From NCBI GenBank assembly GCA_024137785.1, contig JAHRHZ010000264.1:28295907-28359906 (forward strand): a DNA stretch of 64,000 nucleotides, read 5' to 3'. Position numbers and translations under genes: made by a program. Of this stretch, positions 13,619-26,689 are shown piece after piece. How positions within the stretch are numbered: position 1 is the first letter of the stretch; each line of letters opens with the position of its first letter. The stretch comes from Ginglymostoma cirratum (Eukaryota). The notes under the pieces are model-generated. The model did not search any database. It was not told where the DNA came from and saw only the letters and a program-made list of their open reading frames with translations.

Positions 13619-13705
13619 CTTGTATCTGGATCCAGTGAATCAACGGCTTCTTTATCATTCAATAGGTTTTTCAAACTGTTACAAAGTTCAATATTAGTGT
13701 TCAAT
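13619..13705 (-). CDS. MIPEP: MIPEP coding exon 4 (87 bp)
   Basis: TAG|LNTNIELCNSLKNLLNDKEAVDSLDPDT-R|GTATTT; phase 2/2. Confidence 0.96.
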
Positions 13706-16480
13706 CTAAGAAGAAGAGAAAAGTAGCACACTGTGAATGTTGTATTATTTAGTGTACTGTATCAAAAATGCAGAGAGAAAAATCACAAAATACATTCAAT
13801 ATTAGCATCAACCAATAGACAAACTTTAAACAGTGCCTACTTTAGTTAGTAGTGACTTGTTACATTTTAGGCCTGTATGCTGCATGAGTTGAACATGTTG
13901 TCGATGCAGATATTCATCAGACACTATTTTTTAAATCTGTTTGACTTGATTCTACTCCTGCAGGGTCAGTCCCTATGTTCCCCGTTGAAGGTACCATTGT
14001 GCTATGCACGGATAGATTTAGTGTTGGAATCAAAAGTGATACTTTGCACCTTCAGTGAGAAATTGATCATATCGTCAGGACCTGAAGAACTTCCAACCAA
14101 AATTTGATAGTCTCATTAGTGGATCAACACTTCTTTCATAAGTAACATATTCTCCATTTCCATTGCTCACAGAATATGAACTCAATTGGTTTGGATACAG
14201 TTGCTGCTGCAGCTCAGAAGTTTACAATAACTGTACTCTGTCAACAAATTGCTTCCTTTGCATACCGACCCCTTTCCAGAGGATCATACATAGTGAATTT
14301 GAATCTGCCTAATATTTTCCACCCATTGTTGGTGCCGGAATTAGGATTTAAATAATTGCTAAATTTATACTGTAAAATGGCACAAAGAAGATAGTGAACA
14401 TCAGTGGCATCAACATGTGGAACAATTCAAGAATACAGGGCTGTCAACACTTATAAATAAGGCAAGCATGACATTTTGTCCACTACAAGAGCGTTTGCAG
14501 AAAGCAAACAATCATCAAATTGTCCAGCTGAGCAGGCTGGTACAAGATAATCTGTCCCAATAAGTATATGTATCTTACGCCCAAAATCTAAATTAATATT
14601 TACTACATTTGTACATTGTATGCATTTTAAAAACATTTCCATTGCAAACGTAACAAAAGGAGACATACAAGTACAGACTATGTCAGTTGGACGTTAAAGG
14701 ATTCAAATACACACGGAATTATTTAGATTGACTATCACAAATCAATTTGTTATGTAATCCATGCATTTACTTGAAAATGCACAAGGAGCTGAAATATATT
14801 GCTACTTAGAGTAACAAATAAGTGTTTCAAATATATTGGTGTCAATTTCCTACTGCAGCCTGTGGCAAACAATGAAGCTATTACATAATCATGAGAATAT
14901 TTCATGCTATGATTAAATAGCAGAGTTGTTTTGTTCCCCAACAACTCGAAAAACACATGCTGATTTCTTATTGTCCACATGCATCGGTCACACTATTATC
15001 ATCATCTTCTAATGTCTAAAATAAGCAAGTATGAAAATTTCCACAATACTATAATTAAATTTGTCCATTGGACTGCTCTTGTGCTTTTATACCTTTATTG
15101 ATGCTTGTACCATTTATATGTGTCAGACTTTCCCAAATCATTTGTACTTGACATTGTTGACCAGTGCCATAACTGAATTGTGTAATTCAATGCAAAAGAT
15201 GACAGCGATAAACATTCGCTCCTATTACATTGATCACCACATTTAAATAACACAAAAATAATATGAAGTGCAACACACATATGTAACTACTGGAATGAAA
15301 ACATATTAGCAAAGGAGGGCAAGACTGCAAAGATTTCCCAACTGGGGCATGACAAGGTGTGGGTGGTGGTGGGGAGCAGTGTGAGAACAGACAAGCAAGA
15401 TCAAGAGCCACAGAAGTACCTTCAGAGTCCAAAGGAAATATGAAGACACGTTTACAAAAACCATTGATAAGGCTATTCCACCAATACTCATATTTCAAAT
15501 ACCCTCCTGCCCCAACCCCAATAACCTCATCAAACCACAGGGGTCCTTTGATTTTCAGCATCTTTATTAATGCTTCATACTTCTGGTAGTTGGAATGGGA
15601 GAAACATCTTGCATTTATACAGTGCCAGTTATGTTTTTTTCAAATGTCCCAAAGGACTTCACATCCAAATGAAATGCCCTTGAAATATAACTGCTGATCT
15701 TCTACATAAACATGGTAGCTAAACTGCACGTTGCAAGTTTGCACGAACAATTATGATACTGACGCATTTTTGGGTGTTTAAATTTCTATCAGTTTCTGCA
15801 GAGGGTATGAGACCAGTTGATCTGCTTGAGCTCTATCTCGTCTATTAATGCAAAAGTTTCTCCTGTGGCAATTGATGTTCATGTGAAAATTGAGAACAGT
15901 TAAACAAGTTGCTACTGGAGGCATGCAAATCCTATATCAATGCAGGAAGGTTAAACATTCTGAGCTTATTAATTTTACCTGTTATTTGAAGCCAATAAGA
16001 TTAAACTCTACCATTGTCTTGGAGCCCAAACATCTCAGAATAAGGTTGTGAAAAGATGTTTACAACCTTATTATTAATCTATAAAGCTCAATGAAAAAAA
16101 ATTCAGTATATCTCTAATACAATAAACATTAAAATATTAATTGGGCTTTTCCCATTACACAGATCAAAATCAGTTAAAGCCCAGAAGGTACTAATGTCCA
16201 CAGACAGAAATCACATTGAGTCTACAGGTTTGGACAAAGTTGCATTTATTTCTGAGTGCTCCATAATTGCTGAATAACCCAATACTACCCTCTCATAAGA
16301 ACTGCTATTTGATTGAAGGGTCAAAATTAGATACAAATCTACACCTCAAGTACATCTCAGTTTTAGTGGCTGTAATTTAGGAAGAGTGGACTAATGGCTT
16401 CACTTCTCTTTTGGTTTTCTGCAATTACACGGTTTTAATTTGTGCAAATAGTTTTTGCACTGTAAATTCTGAAAACGTAC

Positions 16481-16569
16481 TTTTCCACCGCTGTGCCAAT
16501 GGTCATACAAGTGCTCTCCGCTGCTTCTCGAAATGAAGAGTCTGGATGTGCTACCTTAACAAAATCTGC
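16481..16569 (-). CDS. MIPEP: MIPEP coding exon 3 (89 bp)
   Basis: TAG|[30 protein letters not shown]|GTACGT; phase 0/2. Confidence 0.96.
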
Positions 16570-17279
16570 CTAGTATGAAAGATACAGTGATGAGTGTCAA
16601 GATCAGGTAACTTTTCTATTAATCATAAACAGTTATTTACCTAGAAATATGTAATCTTTATTTTTATAGTCCAATGTTGAAAAAGGATAACAGACCTAAC
16701 ATTTTGAAGCTTCAATCAATTTGCAAATTTAAATTGCTCATACATACAGATGTTGCAGAAAGAATGATATTACCATATAACAGTATCACAACAAGCTGCT
16801 AGTCCGTGAACATCCACAGAAAGCAAGTTTATATAGATCACTGTAAGACAGTCCAATTTCTAAAAATAACAAGCCACAAAGCTGAATGAAATGTCGGTCC
16901 TTTCAAAGGTATGCAATCTACCAATATTCTGCACGATGAAATTCTGGTCATAGTTTTGATTTTATGTGGGAATCATATACAAAAGAAAATTAATGTTATC
17001 AGAAGAAGTTAGAGCATCTGAAAATACACCAAAGATTTTAACTGGGCAATGAAATTTGTGAAAATACAAAATTCCAAATAGGAAAAGTGAAAGAAGATTA
17101 AGCAAAACTTTATTCGCCACTTAGACAGCAACATTCCTGGCAATAGCTCAATTCCAAAGGTTCAAAATTAAGTGCAATACAATTCACAACAGCAGGTAAT
17201 GTCAAGCTTATTTGATCCGAGTAAGTGGTCACTAATAAAGCATTTAAAGTAGTATTGAATATAAAGAAAAATACACGAA

Positions 17280-18330
17280 GTAATAGCCATACTGCACAAT
17301 CCAGGAAATTATCATGATCTACAGGATTCATTTTTCAAGATTCTACAGACTCTGGAACAGATCCTATAGATTGGAGAGTAGCTAACATAACCCCACTATT
17401 TAAAAACAGGGAGTTATAGACTGGTTAGCTTGAGATTGGTAATTGAGAAAATGCTAGAATCCATTATAAAAGATTTAATAGCAGCGTACTTGGAAAACAC
17501 TGACAGGATTGGACAGAATCAGCATAGATTTACAAAAGAAAAGTCATGTTTGGCAAAACTACTGGATTTTTCAAGATTTAACTAGCAGAGGTGAACAGGG
17601 GTACCATTGGATGTGATTTACTTGGATATTCAGAAGGTGTTTAACAAGTTTCCACATAAGAGATTAGCATGTAAATTAAAACGCATTGTGGGTAGTGTAC
17701 TGACGTGGATAGGGAACTGGTTGGCAGACAGGAGACAAACAGTAGGAATAAACTGACCATTTTCTGAATGTCAGCCAGTGACCAGTGGGGTACCACAGGG
17801 ATCAGTGCTTGGACCTCAGATAACCATAATACAGGTAGTTCTGTTATAACGCGTGTTTCGCTAATGTAAATTGGCTGTAACGGGGTTGATGAATTGTGGA
17901 TGCTGTTTGGATAACACGAACTTTCTGCTATACAGATAAAGCAATTTTCTATAGCGATTTCCCTGTAACACAACTTTCTATGGTGATTTTCTTTAGTGCA
18001 AGGTCATGAAACAATGCAACTATTGCGTTATAGGAGAACTACCTGTATGTATTAAATGATTTAGACGAAGGAACTAAATGCAGTATCTCTAAGTTTGCAG
18101 ACATGACAAAGCTGTGTAGGAGGGTGAAATATGAAGTGCAAAGATGCTTCAGCGTGACTTGTAAAGTCGACCGAGCGGGAAAATGTATAAGAGATGAAGT
18201 ATGATGTGGTTAAATGTAAGATTTTCTACTTTCTTAGCAAAAACAGGAAGGTAGATCATTATCTGAATGGCATTACATCGGGAAAGGGGGGGGTGGTGTA
18301 ATAAGACCCATATGCTTTTGTATACCTGTC
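17280..18330 (+). mobile_element. CR1 LINE RT fragment
   Basis: DWRVANITPLFK; QHxFTK.KSC; YLDIQK; SGVPQGSVLGP; interrupted by the MITE. Confidence 0.85.
17832..18045. mobile_element. Tc1/mariner (Tigger/pogo-like) MITE, 214 bp, nested in CR1
   Basis: TIRs caggtagttctgttataacgc / gcgttataggagaactacctg flanked by TA on both sides. Confidence 0.85.
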
Positions 18331-18441
18331 AAAAAGGAAAGCAAAACTAATTTAGCTCCACAATTAGTGACTACCAAAGTTGAAAAACGTATATACTTAA
18401 ATATAGATACGTATCAATAAGGAAACGTTATCACTACTTAC

Positions 18442-18615
18442 CAAATCAGCAATTCTACAAAGACAGTCAGAAAGTCTGTCAAAGATTTGAACAACTTGAG
18501 GACCAGGTGGTGTTCTGCATGCTTGTTCCACTAACTGCTCCATTTCATTCAAGGCATTTTCTTGGGCCACCTGAAATCCGACTGGGGAGTTCAGCTCATG
18601 TACACCAAAAAGACC
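18442..18615 (-). CDS. MIPEP: MIPEP coding exon 2 (174 bp)
   Basis: AG|[58 protein letters not shown]|GTAAGT; phase 0/0. Confidence 0.96.
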
Positions 18616-18899
18616 CTTAATGATAAAGTAAGAAACTTTAGTTCACAGAAAGTGTTCATACAGTTTTTTTAAAATGACCACAAGACATCAGAAGGTACTT
18701 TACAACAGATAAAAGTGGTTTTGAAGTGTTGCCATAGTGGTAGTACAGGAAATGCAGCAGTCAATTTGCTGTTTGTGGAACGTGATGTGTGCAATGTATT
18801 AATGATCAGGTAATTTTTTTTATGATGATTAAAAGGTAAATATCGAGCAGGACAATGATCTGTGGTAGCACTGACATTAATGATTTAGTATGCCAAAAT

Positions 18900-20005
18900 C
18901 TTCCAATCTTTCACGATTCAGGGGAGATGCCAGAGTATTGTAAAATGGCAAACGTGACACCCTTACTCAAAAATGATGCAACGGTCGTTCCAGAAACTTC
19001 AGGTCAAACAGTTTACCATCAATACAATGTAAGGTTTTAGGAACAATAATCAGAGAGAAATTAACAGACACTTGGAGAGATCGATGTTAGAAGAACCAGC
19101 ATGAATCTCAAAAAAAAACAGATAGTGCTTAACTAATCCTTTGGAAATTCTGAGGAAGTAACAGAAAAGGCCAATGAAGGGAATATAGTAGACGTTGTCT
19201 CTGCAAATTTTAAGGAAGGTTTTGGCAAAATACTTTTTAAAAAATTGGTTAACAAAATTGAGATCCATAGAATAGGATGTCTTCAAAGATTAAAAAGATG
19301 ACTTAAGGACAGAAAACCACAAGTATTGGCAAATGGTCATTTTTCAGACTGCAGAATGGTGGACACTGACAAAAACATCAGTGCTAGAGCCATTGTTTCT
19401 TTATAACATTTATAATTGGGAAAATGTTAGTCTAATATAAAGGATGTAATAGCAAGGCATTTAGAAACACAAAATATAATCAAGCAAAGTCAGCATACTG
19501 TCATGAATGGAAAATCATACCTGACAAACTTATTACTGTTCTTTAAGGAGCTAACAAGCTGTGTTGATAAAGGGGAACCAGTAGTTTTAATACAGTTAGA
19601 TTTCCAAAAGGTTTCTAAAAATTTCAATTAGGTACCACACATAAGGCTACATAATAAGAGCCCTAGTTGTTGGGAGTAATATATCAGCATGGAAACAGGA
19701 CTGGCTAACTAACAGAAGACAAACAGTTGGATAAAGGGGGAATTTTCAGGACGGCAATGCATAACTAGTGGAGTAGCACAAGCATCAGCACTGGGACTAC
19801 AATTATTTACAATGTGTTATTAATTTGGATGACAGAAGTGAATGTACTATTGCCAATTTTGCAGATGACACAAAAATAGATGAGAAGACAAGTAATAAAG
19901 ATGGCATAAGGAGTCTACAGAGGAATACAGGCAGGTTAAGTGAGTGGGCAAAAACATGGTAGATAGAATATAATGTGAAGTTATGCATTTTGGCAGGAAG
20001 AATAG
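18900..20005 (+). mobile_element. CR1 LINE RT fragments
   Basis: KMANVTPLLK; IANFADDTKI. Confidence 0.75.
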
Positions 20006-21190
20006 TCGAGCTGATGGCCTAGTGGTATTCCCACTACATTACGAATCCAGACACCAGGTAATGTCTTAGAGAACTGGCTTCAAATCTCACCATGGCAAAT
20101 GGTGGAATTTCAATTCAAAAAAAAAATCTGGGATTAAACATCTAATGATGAGCATGAAATCACTGTCAATCATCAGAAAAAATCTTATAGGTACGACAAG
20201 TGCATTTGTCCATGACTGCACTGTCCTTATGGAGACAAAGTTCTGTCTTCACAGTGTAATACCTTATACCGTTTTGTTGCCACTGTCACAGTGCTAAATG
20301 GGACAGACTTTGGACAGAGCCAGCAACTGAAAACTGGGCATCCATTAGTTACCATGGGCCACCAGAAGCTGAATCACACTCCAATACAAGCTGCAACCTC
20401 ATGACCGTGAAGTCAGGGAATCAACATTCCTTCCATCACAAAGTCAGAAGTGGGGATGTCTGCCAATGATTACACACAATGTTCAGCACCAATCATGACT
20501 GCTCATACATTTATGCAGTCCACGTCCAAATGCAGCAGACAGGGACAATGTCCAGGTTTGGGCTGAAAAGTAGCAAACAATATTCACACTACACAAACTA
20601 CACAGGCAATGATCATCTCCAACGAGAGCATCTAACCACAGCTCCTTTGCTTTCAGTGGCGTTACCATCACTTAACACTCTGGGTGTTACCATTTTAATC
20701 CATCTATTCAGTTTGGTCAATGTGGGAAAGTGTGAGGTTATGCACTTTGGTAGGAAGAAGAGGCAGAGACTATTTTCTACATGAAGAAAGGCTTCAGAAA
20801 TGTGAAGCACAAAAGGCCTTAGAGTCCTGCTTCAGGATTCTCTTAAGGTTAACATGCAGGTTCAGTTAGCAGTTAGCATGTCAAATGGAATGCTAGCATT
20901 TCAAGGGGGCTAGAATACAAGAACAGACATGTGCTGCTGAGGCTGTATAAGGCTCTGGTCAGACCGCATTTAGAATATTAGGAGCAGTATTAGGCCCCAT
21001 ATCTAAGGATGGATGTGCTGGCCTTGAAGGTGGTCCACAGGAGATTTACAAGAATGATCTGGGGATGAAGGTCTTGTTAAATGAGGAGCAGTTGAGGACT
21101 CTAAGCCTGTACTCAACGGACTTTAGAAAGATGGGAAGGATCTCATTGAAACTTACAGAATATTGATAAGCCTGAATAGATTGGACATGG

Positions 21191-21422
21191 ATAACACAGT
21201 TTGGAGCTGGAGGAACAGCAGGCCAGGCAGCACCAGAGGAGCAGGAGAGTGGACATTTCGGTTCGGGACCCTTCTTCAGAAATGGGGCTCTGAAATTTCT
21301 GAAGAAGTGTCCCGACCCAAAAAGTCTGCTTTCCTGCTCCCCTGGTGCTGCTCGGCCTGCCGTGTTCCTCCATCTCCACACTATGTTATTTCAGACTCCA
21401 GCATCGGCAGTTCTTACTATCC
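21191..21422. mobile_element. Palindromic PLE-terminus insertion (two inverted copies) nested in CR1
   Basis: About 21191-21283 and 21295-21389 are inverted copies; TSD tagattggacatgga / tagagtggacacgga. Confidence 0.8.
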
Positions 21423-23120
21423 TAGAGTGGACACGGAGATGTTTTCACTAGGAGAGACTAGGGCCCGAGAAGACAGCCTCAGAGTAAACAGGCGGCACTA
21501 CAAAATTGAGATGAGGATGAATTTCTTCAGGCAGAGGGTAGTTAATCTGTGGAACTCATTTCCACAAAGGGCTGTGGACGCCAAGTCATTGAGTGTATGT
21601 GAGACGGACCTAGATAGGTTGTTTGATTGCTAAGGGGATCAAGGGTTACAGGGAGATGGCAGGAGCACGGGGGTGAGAAATATGTCAGCCATGATCAAAT
21701 GGCAGAGCTGAACGCCCTAATTCTGCTCCAATAGCTTATGATTTTATATGCAGACAAAATCAGAGATATGTCAAAATAATAGTATCTGAATAGTAGAGTA
21801 TTTCAACTTCCAGTTTATCAACAGGGATAGATGAAGTATGAAAGGCTTAGAGGGGTCAGGAGAACTTTTTAGAAAGTGTAGAAAGTCTGAGAAGAGAGAT
21901 AGTGGTATTGAACTTAATTTTAAGGACCAAAACCAGGCAAGTCACGGATGTGGTGGTGGGAGAGCATTTTGTGACAATGATCACAATTCAGAAAGGTTTA
22001 AGTTAATTATGGATTAGAAGTTTGAATTGGAGGAAGGATGATTTTAATAAAACAAGACAGGATCAGGCCGAAGTGGACTGGGAGCAGCTACTTGCAGGAA
22101 AATCCACATCAGAGCAGTGGGAGTCATTCGAAAGAGTAACAGTGAGAGTGCAGAGCCAACATTGTCCAGTAAAGGCAGAGTACACATGTTCCTGAATGTC
22201 AATAGATGTACAAGACTCAATAAGAAAAAAAAAGCTAATGGTAGATACCAAAGACATAAAATGGCACATCTCCTACAGAAATATAGAAAATGCAGGGAGT
22301 TGCTTGAAAAATGCATTAGGAGAGCAAAGAATGGGCGTCAAAAAACATTGGTGAGTAATAATAAGAAATTCCAAGGGCATTTTATAAAGTACATTTCAGC
22401 AAGAGAATAACCAGAGAAAGAGCAGGGGCCATTAAGGATCAAAGTCATTATGTGCATGTGTTTTTTTTTAATTCGCTCATGGAACATGGGAGTCACTGTA
22501 TGGCCAGCATTTGTTGCCTGTCCCTAGTTGACCTTGACTGTTGAAGTCCATGTCCAGCAGTTTAAGGAAGCAGCTCACTACGAGCTTCTCAAGGACAACT
22601 AGGGTTGGTCGATAAATACTGGCTAGCCAGCAATACCCACATCCCACCACTGAATTTAAAAAATATATAGTTGTGTGAAGCCAAGAAACATAGTTGAGAT
22701 TCTAAACAAGTGCTTTGTATCTGCATTCACAGTAGAAAAAGACAACTTTTGTCTAGAAATCAGGGAGACTAATTATGATATATTTGCATAAATTAGCACT
22801 GAGAGGGAGGAGTTACTTTCAGTTTCAGCAGCCCAAAAATGGATAAACTCCCAGGCCCAGATGAGATGTATCCAAGGCTGCTGTGGGGAACAAGGAAGGA
22901 GATTGCAAGGGCTCTATCATTACTTTTCAAATCCTCTCTGGCCACAAGAGGTGCCAGAGGACTGGAACAGAGTGAATGTGCTGCAATTGTTCAAGAAAGA
23001 TGGAAGGGATACACAGGAAACTACAGTCCAGGGAATCCAACATCTGTGGTAGGGAAACTATTGGAAAAAATTCTGAGGGACAGAATTAATCTCCTTTACA
23101 GAGGCAAGGATTAATCAAAG

Positions 23121-24554
23121 TTAACGTTTCAGGTCCGGTGATCCTTCCTCATAATTGATGGTGGCTGGGAAGACATCGGTTTATATGCAGAAAATAGGGA
23201 GGGGGATGGGGTAGGGAGTAAAAGATAGGATACAGCCCGAAGAGAAAGAGCAGTCGGAGAGACAAAGGAATTGATAATGATCCGGCTAGGAGGGTGAATA
23301 GTTGTTTATAGGGACTGTTATTGACAAACAATAGGTAGTGTGTAAAGGCAGGCTATGTAATGACAAGGCCTGGAGTGTGGGGTAGGGGGTTAGGACATGG
23401 GAGAGTTTAGGCCTGAAAATTATTGAACTTGATGTTGAGTCCAGAGGGCTGCAGTTCCCCAAGTGGAAAAAGAGGTGTTATTCTTCCAGCTTGCATTGAG
23501 CTTCGCTGGAACACTACAGCAAGCCAAAACACAAAGATGTTGGCCAGGGGACAGGGTGGTGTGTGAAAGTGGCAGGCAACAGGTAGCTCAGGGTCTATTT
23601 TGCGAGCAGAACGTGGATGTTCTGCGAAGTGGTCACCCAGTCTACACTTCATTTCCCCAACGTAGAGGAGACCACATTGTGAGCAGCGAACGCAGTCGAC
23701 TAGGTTTTGGGAAGTGCAGGTGAAGTGATGCTTCACCTGGAAGGTATGTTGAGGCCCTTAGATAGTGGGGACGGAGGAGGTAAATGGGCAGGTGTTGCAC
23801 CTTCACCAGTTGCAGGGGAAGGTGCCGTGAGGGTGAATGAAGAGCGGACCAGGGTGTCCCTGAGGGAACTGTCCCTGCAGAAAGCGGACAAGGGAAGGGA
23901 GGGGAATGTGTATCTGGTGGTGGCATCTCGCTGGAGTTGACAGAAATGGTGCCTGATGATCTTCTGGATGTGGGTGCTGGTGGGACAGTTGGTAAGGACA
24001 AGGGGAACCCTATTGCTGTTGCCGCAGGGAAGAGAAGGGGTGAGGGCAGATGTGGGGGCGATGGCTCGGACCCGGTTGAGGGCCTTGTCGACCATGGTGC
24101 TGGAGAATCCTCATTTGAAGAAGAAGGTAGACATGTCAGAGGCTCCCTGGTCGAATTTGGCTTCATCTGAACATATGCGACGGAAACGGAGAAAGTGAGA
24201 AAATGGGATGGAGTCTTTACAGGGAGCAGGGCATGAGCACAGGCAGCTGTGGGAGTCAGTGGGTTTATAGTAGATATTATGGCCAGTCTATCCAACTGCT
24301 GTTCTCTCTCTTTGGGCTCTATCCTATTGTTTACTCTCTACCCCATCCCCATCCCCATCCCCCTCCCTATTTTCTGCATATCAATCAATGTTTTCCCAGC
24401 TACCATCAGTTCTGAGGAAGGGTCACAGACCCGAAACATTAACTCTTCATTTTTTTCTTCACAGATACTGACAGATCTGCTGAGCTTTTCCAGCAACTTC
24501 TGTTTTTGCTCCTGATTTACAGCATTTACAAGAACAGTTCTTTCGGACTTTTTT
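23121..24554 (-). mobile_element. Penelope-like element (Neptune-type, family A), truncated, with inverted terminal (pLTR) copy
   Basis: RVPLVLT..HIQKIIRHHFCQLQRD; FTCTSQNLV.CVRCSQCGLLYVGE.KCRLGDHFAEH..LPVACHF (GIY-YIG); 24290-24445 is an inverted copy of 23121-23260; perfect 15-bp TSD aaggattaatcaaag (23106-23120, 24555-24569). Confidence 0.9.
24408..24444 (+). ncRNA. Hammerhead motif in inverted pLTR (helix III CpG-decayed)
   Basis: AGUU-CUGAGGA-A-GGGUC(ACA)GACCC-GAAA-CAUU-AACU. Confidence 0.65.
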
Positions 24555-26003
24555 AAGGATTAATCAAAGATAGTCAGCATAGTTTTGTAAAGGGAGATCA
24601 TGTTGAAGAAACGTCATTGAAATTTTTAAGGTGACTAGATGAGTAAGGAATGGGGGGAGTGCATTTAACATAGTCTATATAGACTGCAGTAACACTTTTG
24701 ACAAGGTCTCACATGTCAGACTGGTTAAGAAGCTAAAGGCTTATTGGGATCAAAAACATAAAGGCAGATTATCTGAACAGCAATAGTGAGGGGAAAGGGG
24801 GAAGTACAACAAGACCTGGGTGCCCTTGCATATAAACCACTGAAAATAAACATGCAGGTGCAGCAAGCACTGAGGAAGGCAAATGGCATGTTGGCCTTCA
24901 TAGTGAGAGGATAGGAGCAGGGATGTCTAGCTGCAGAGGATCATGGTGAGACCACATCTGTGGTATTGTGTACAGTTTTGGTCTCCTTATCAAAGGAAGA
25001 CATTCTATCTACGGAGGGAGTGCAATGAAGGTTTACCAGACTGATTCCTGGGATGGCAAGTGTGATGTATGAAGAGAGATGGGTTCAGTTAGGACTATGT
25101 TCACTGGAGTTTAGAAGAACAGGTGGGAATCTCTGAAATTTATAAAATTCTAACAGGACAAAGAGTAAATGCAGGCAGGTTGTTCCCAACAATGGCGGCA
25201 GCCAGAACTACAGGTCTAACAATATGGGGTAGGCCAATTAGGACTGAGATGGGGAGAAATGTCTTAACCCAGAGAGTGGTGAGCCTGTGGAATTCTCTGC
25301 CACAGAAAACAGCTGAGGCCAGAATATTAAGTGTTTCTAACAATTTAGATATAGTTTTTAGGTTTAAAGCAATCAAAGGATATGGAGAGAAAGTGGCAAC
25401 AGGGTACAGAGTTGGATGATCAGCCATGATCATATTGAACGGTGAAGTAGGTTCAAAGGGCCATATTCCCTGTCACCTATTCCCACATCTACTTTCTGTG
25501 TCTATCCAAAGCAGATTGTCAAATTGGATTCAAAATTGGCTTAATAGCAAAACGCTGAGGATGATGGTTGAAGGGTATTCATGTGACTGGAAGCTTTCCA
25601 GTGCCGGGTCCTTCACTGTTTGTTGTGTACTTAAGTGACCTAGACGTGAATGTAGGATGCATGATTAGTAAGTTCACAAATGATGCAAGATTTGGGTGTA
25701 AATAACGAGGGAAGCCTTAGACTACAGGACAATATAGACCAGCTGATCAAATGTGAACAGAAACGAATAGAATTTAATCCTGAAAAGTAAAGTGATGCAT
25801 TTTTCATACAATCATAGAATCTCTACAGTGCAGAAACAGGCCAATCGGTCCGTCGAGTCTGTACTGACCATCCTTGAGTGCTGTCAAAACTCTTCGACCT
25901 TATTAGAAACGCCTCCATTAAAATTCAATGCACCAGCCAGGCTCAGCTTTAACAGTTTAACGTGTAGCAACCTCGTGCACATTGCATAGGAAGTGTCACT
26001 CAC

Positions 26004-26153
26004 CACGTTCTTCCCAAATATATCCACCTTTCTCCTCGGTTGATCGTTGAAGGCCGCTCCCACCGGAGACCATGAAGTGGAGACATTTCTGTAGGTTTTG
26101 AAGCGACCAGTTTGAATACATTTAAAAAATGTCAGCAACTGCCGGTTCAACAT
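26004..26153 (-). CDS. MIPEP: Mitochondrial intermediate peptidase, coding exon 1 (50 aa, includes mitochondrial targeting peptide)
   Basis: ATG at 26153 encodes MLNRQLLTFFKCIQTGRFKTYRNVSTSWSPVGAAFNDQPRRKVDIFGKNV; VSTSWSPVGAAFN matches vertebrate MIPEP; donor GTGAGT, phase 0. Confidence 0.95.
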
Positions 26154-26380
26154 GTCCAGGAACTCGGGCTCCAACACAGGCCAAGGGCTTCCGTTATCGC
26201 AAACCACTGCGCCTGCGCGCCGGAGCTACAGCCTTCTGGGAGTTGGAGTTCTTGGCCATTTCCCCGAAGGAGCATGCGCGGTGTTAAAACGTGTCCCGCC
26301 AACCTGGTAACTTCGTGGGAGAAACGGGCACGAGGCTGCGAAGGAGTAGGTCCATTGAAACATTTCCCATCCAGCCATGC
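26154..26380 (-). promoter_or_regulatory. MIPEP 5'UTR and CpG-rich promoter
   Basis: Local CpG enrichment; NRF1-like TGCGCCTGCGCG 26208-26219; ZNF143/THAP11-like ACTCCAACTCCCAGAAGGC (minus, 26231-26249); ETS core CGGAAG (minus, 26188-26193). Confidence 0.6.
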
Positions 26381-26689
26381 TAAGAGTGGTGTAAGGGGAA
26401 TTTAAGATTTTGGGAAGACGGGAGTGACTGGGAAGCTTTGACATGAGAAGGGGAGAATGGAATGATGTGTACCTGAAAATAAATAGGGTTTAATGAGAGA
26501 CGTATTATTTAAGGCATCTGGTACATTTGAGTCTTGGAGGTGGCTGCTTTGTGCAATACTTCTGCTTGATTTACAAAAATGGCTGGACGTTATGGTCACT
26601 TGTTAATTCAGCATAACATCTTGCTGTCTTGCTAACATCTCTGTCCTAATCTTACTGCAATTTTTCAATGAAGGCATAAAGACGTCGGG

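Larger units (their letters stand above)
20715..25805 (+). mobile_element. Cluster of CR1 LINE fragments hosting PLE insertions
   Basis: KCEVMHFGRK; FFRQRVVNLWNSFPQRAV; KLPGPDEMYPRLL; TSVVGKLLEKILRDRI; TQRVVSLWNSLPQK. Confidence 0.8.

Noticed and set aside
13870-14370. Minus-strand protein-like text (YLNPNSGTNNGWKIL; DPLMRLSNFGWKFF) suggesting a pseudogene or viral relic
   Set aside because: Stop density is close to random expectation and no family could be recognised; would need tblastx
26154-26207. N-terminal extension of MIPEP shown in the ORF track
   Set aside because: Starts at a non-ATG codon and is acidic; the ATG at 26153 gives a typical basic targeting peptide
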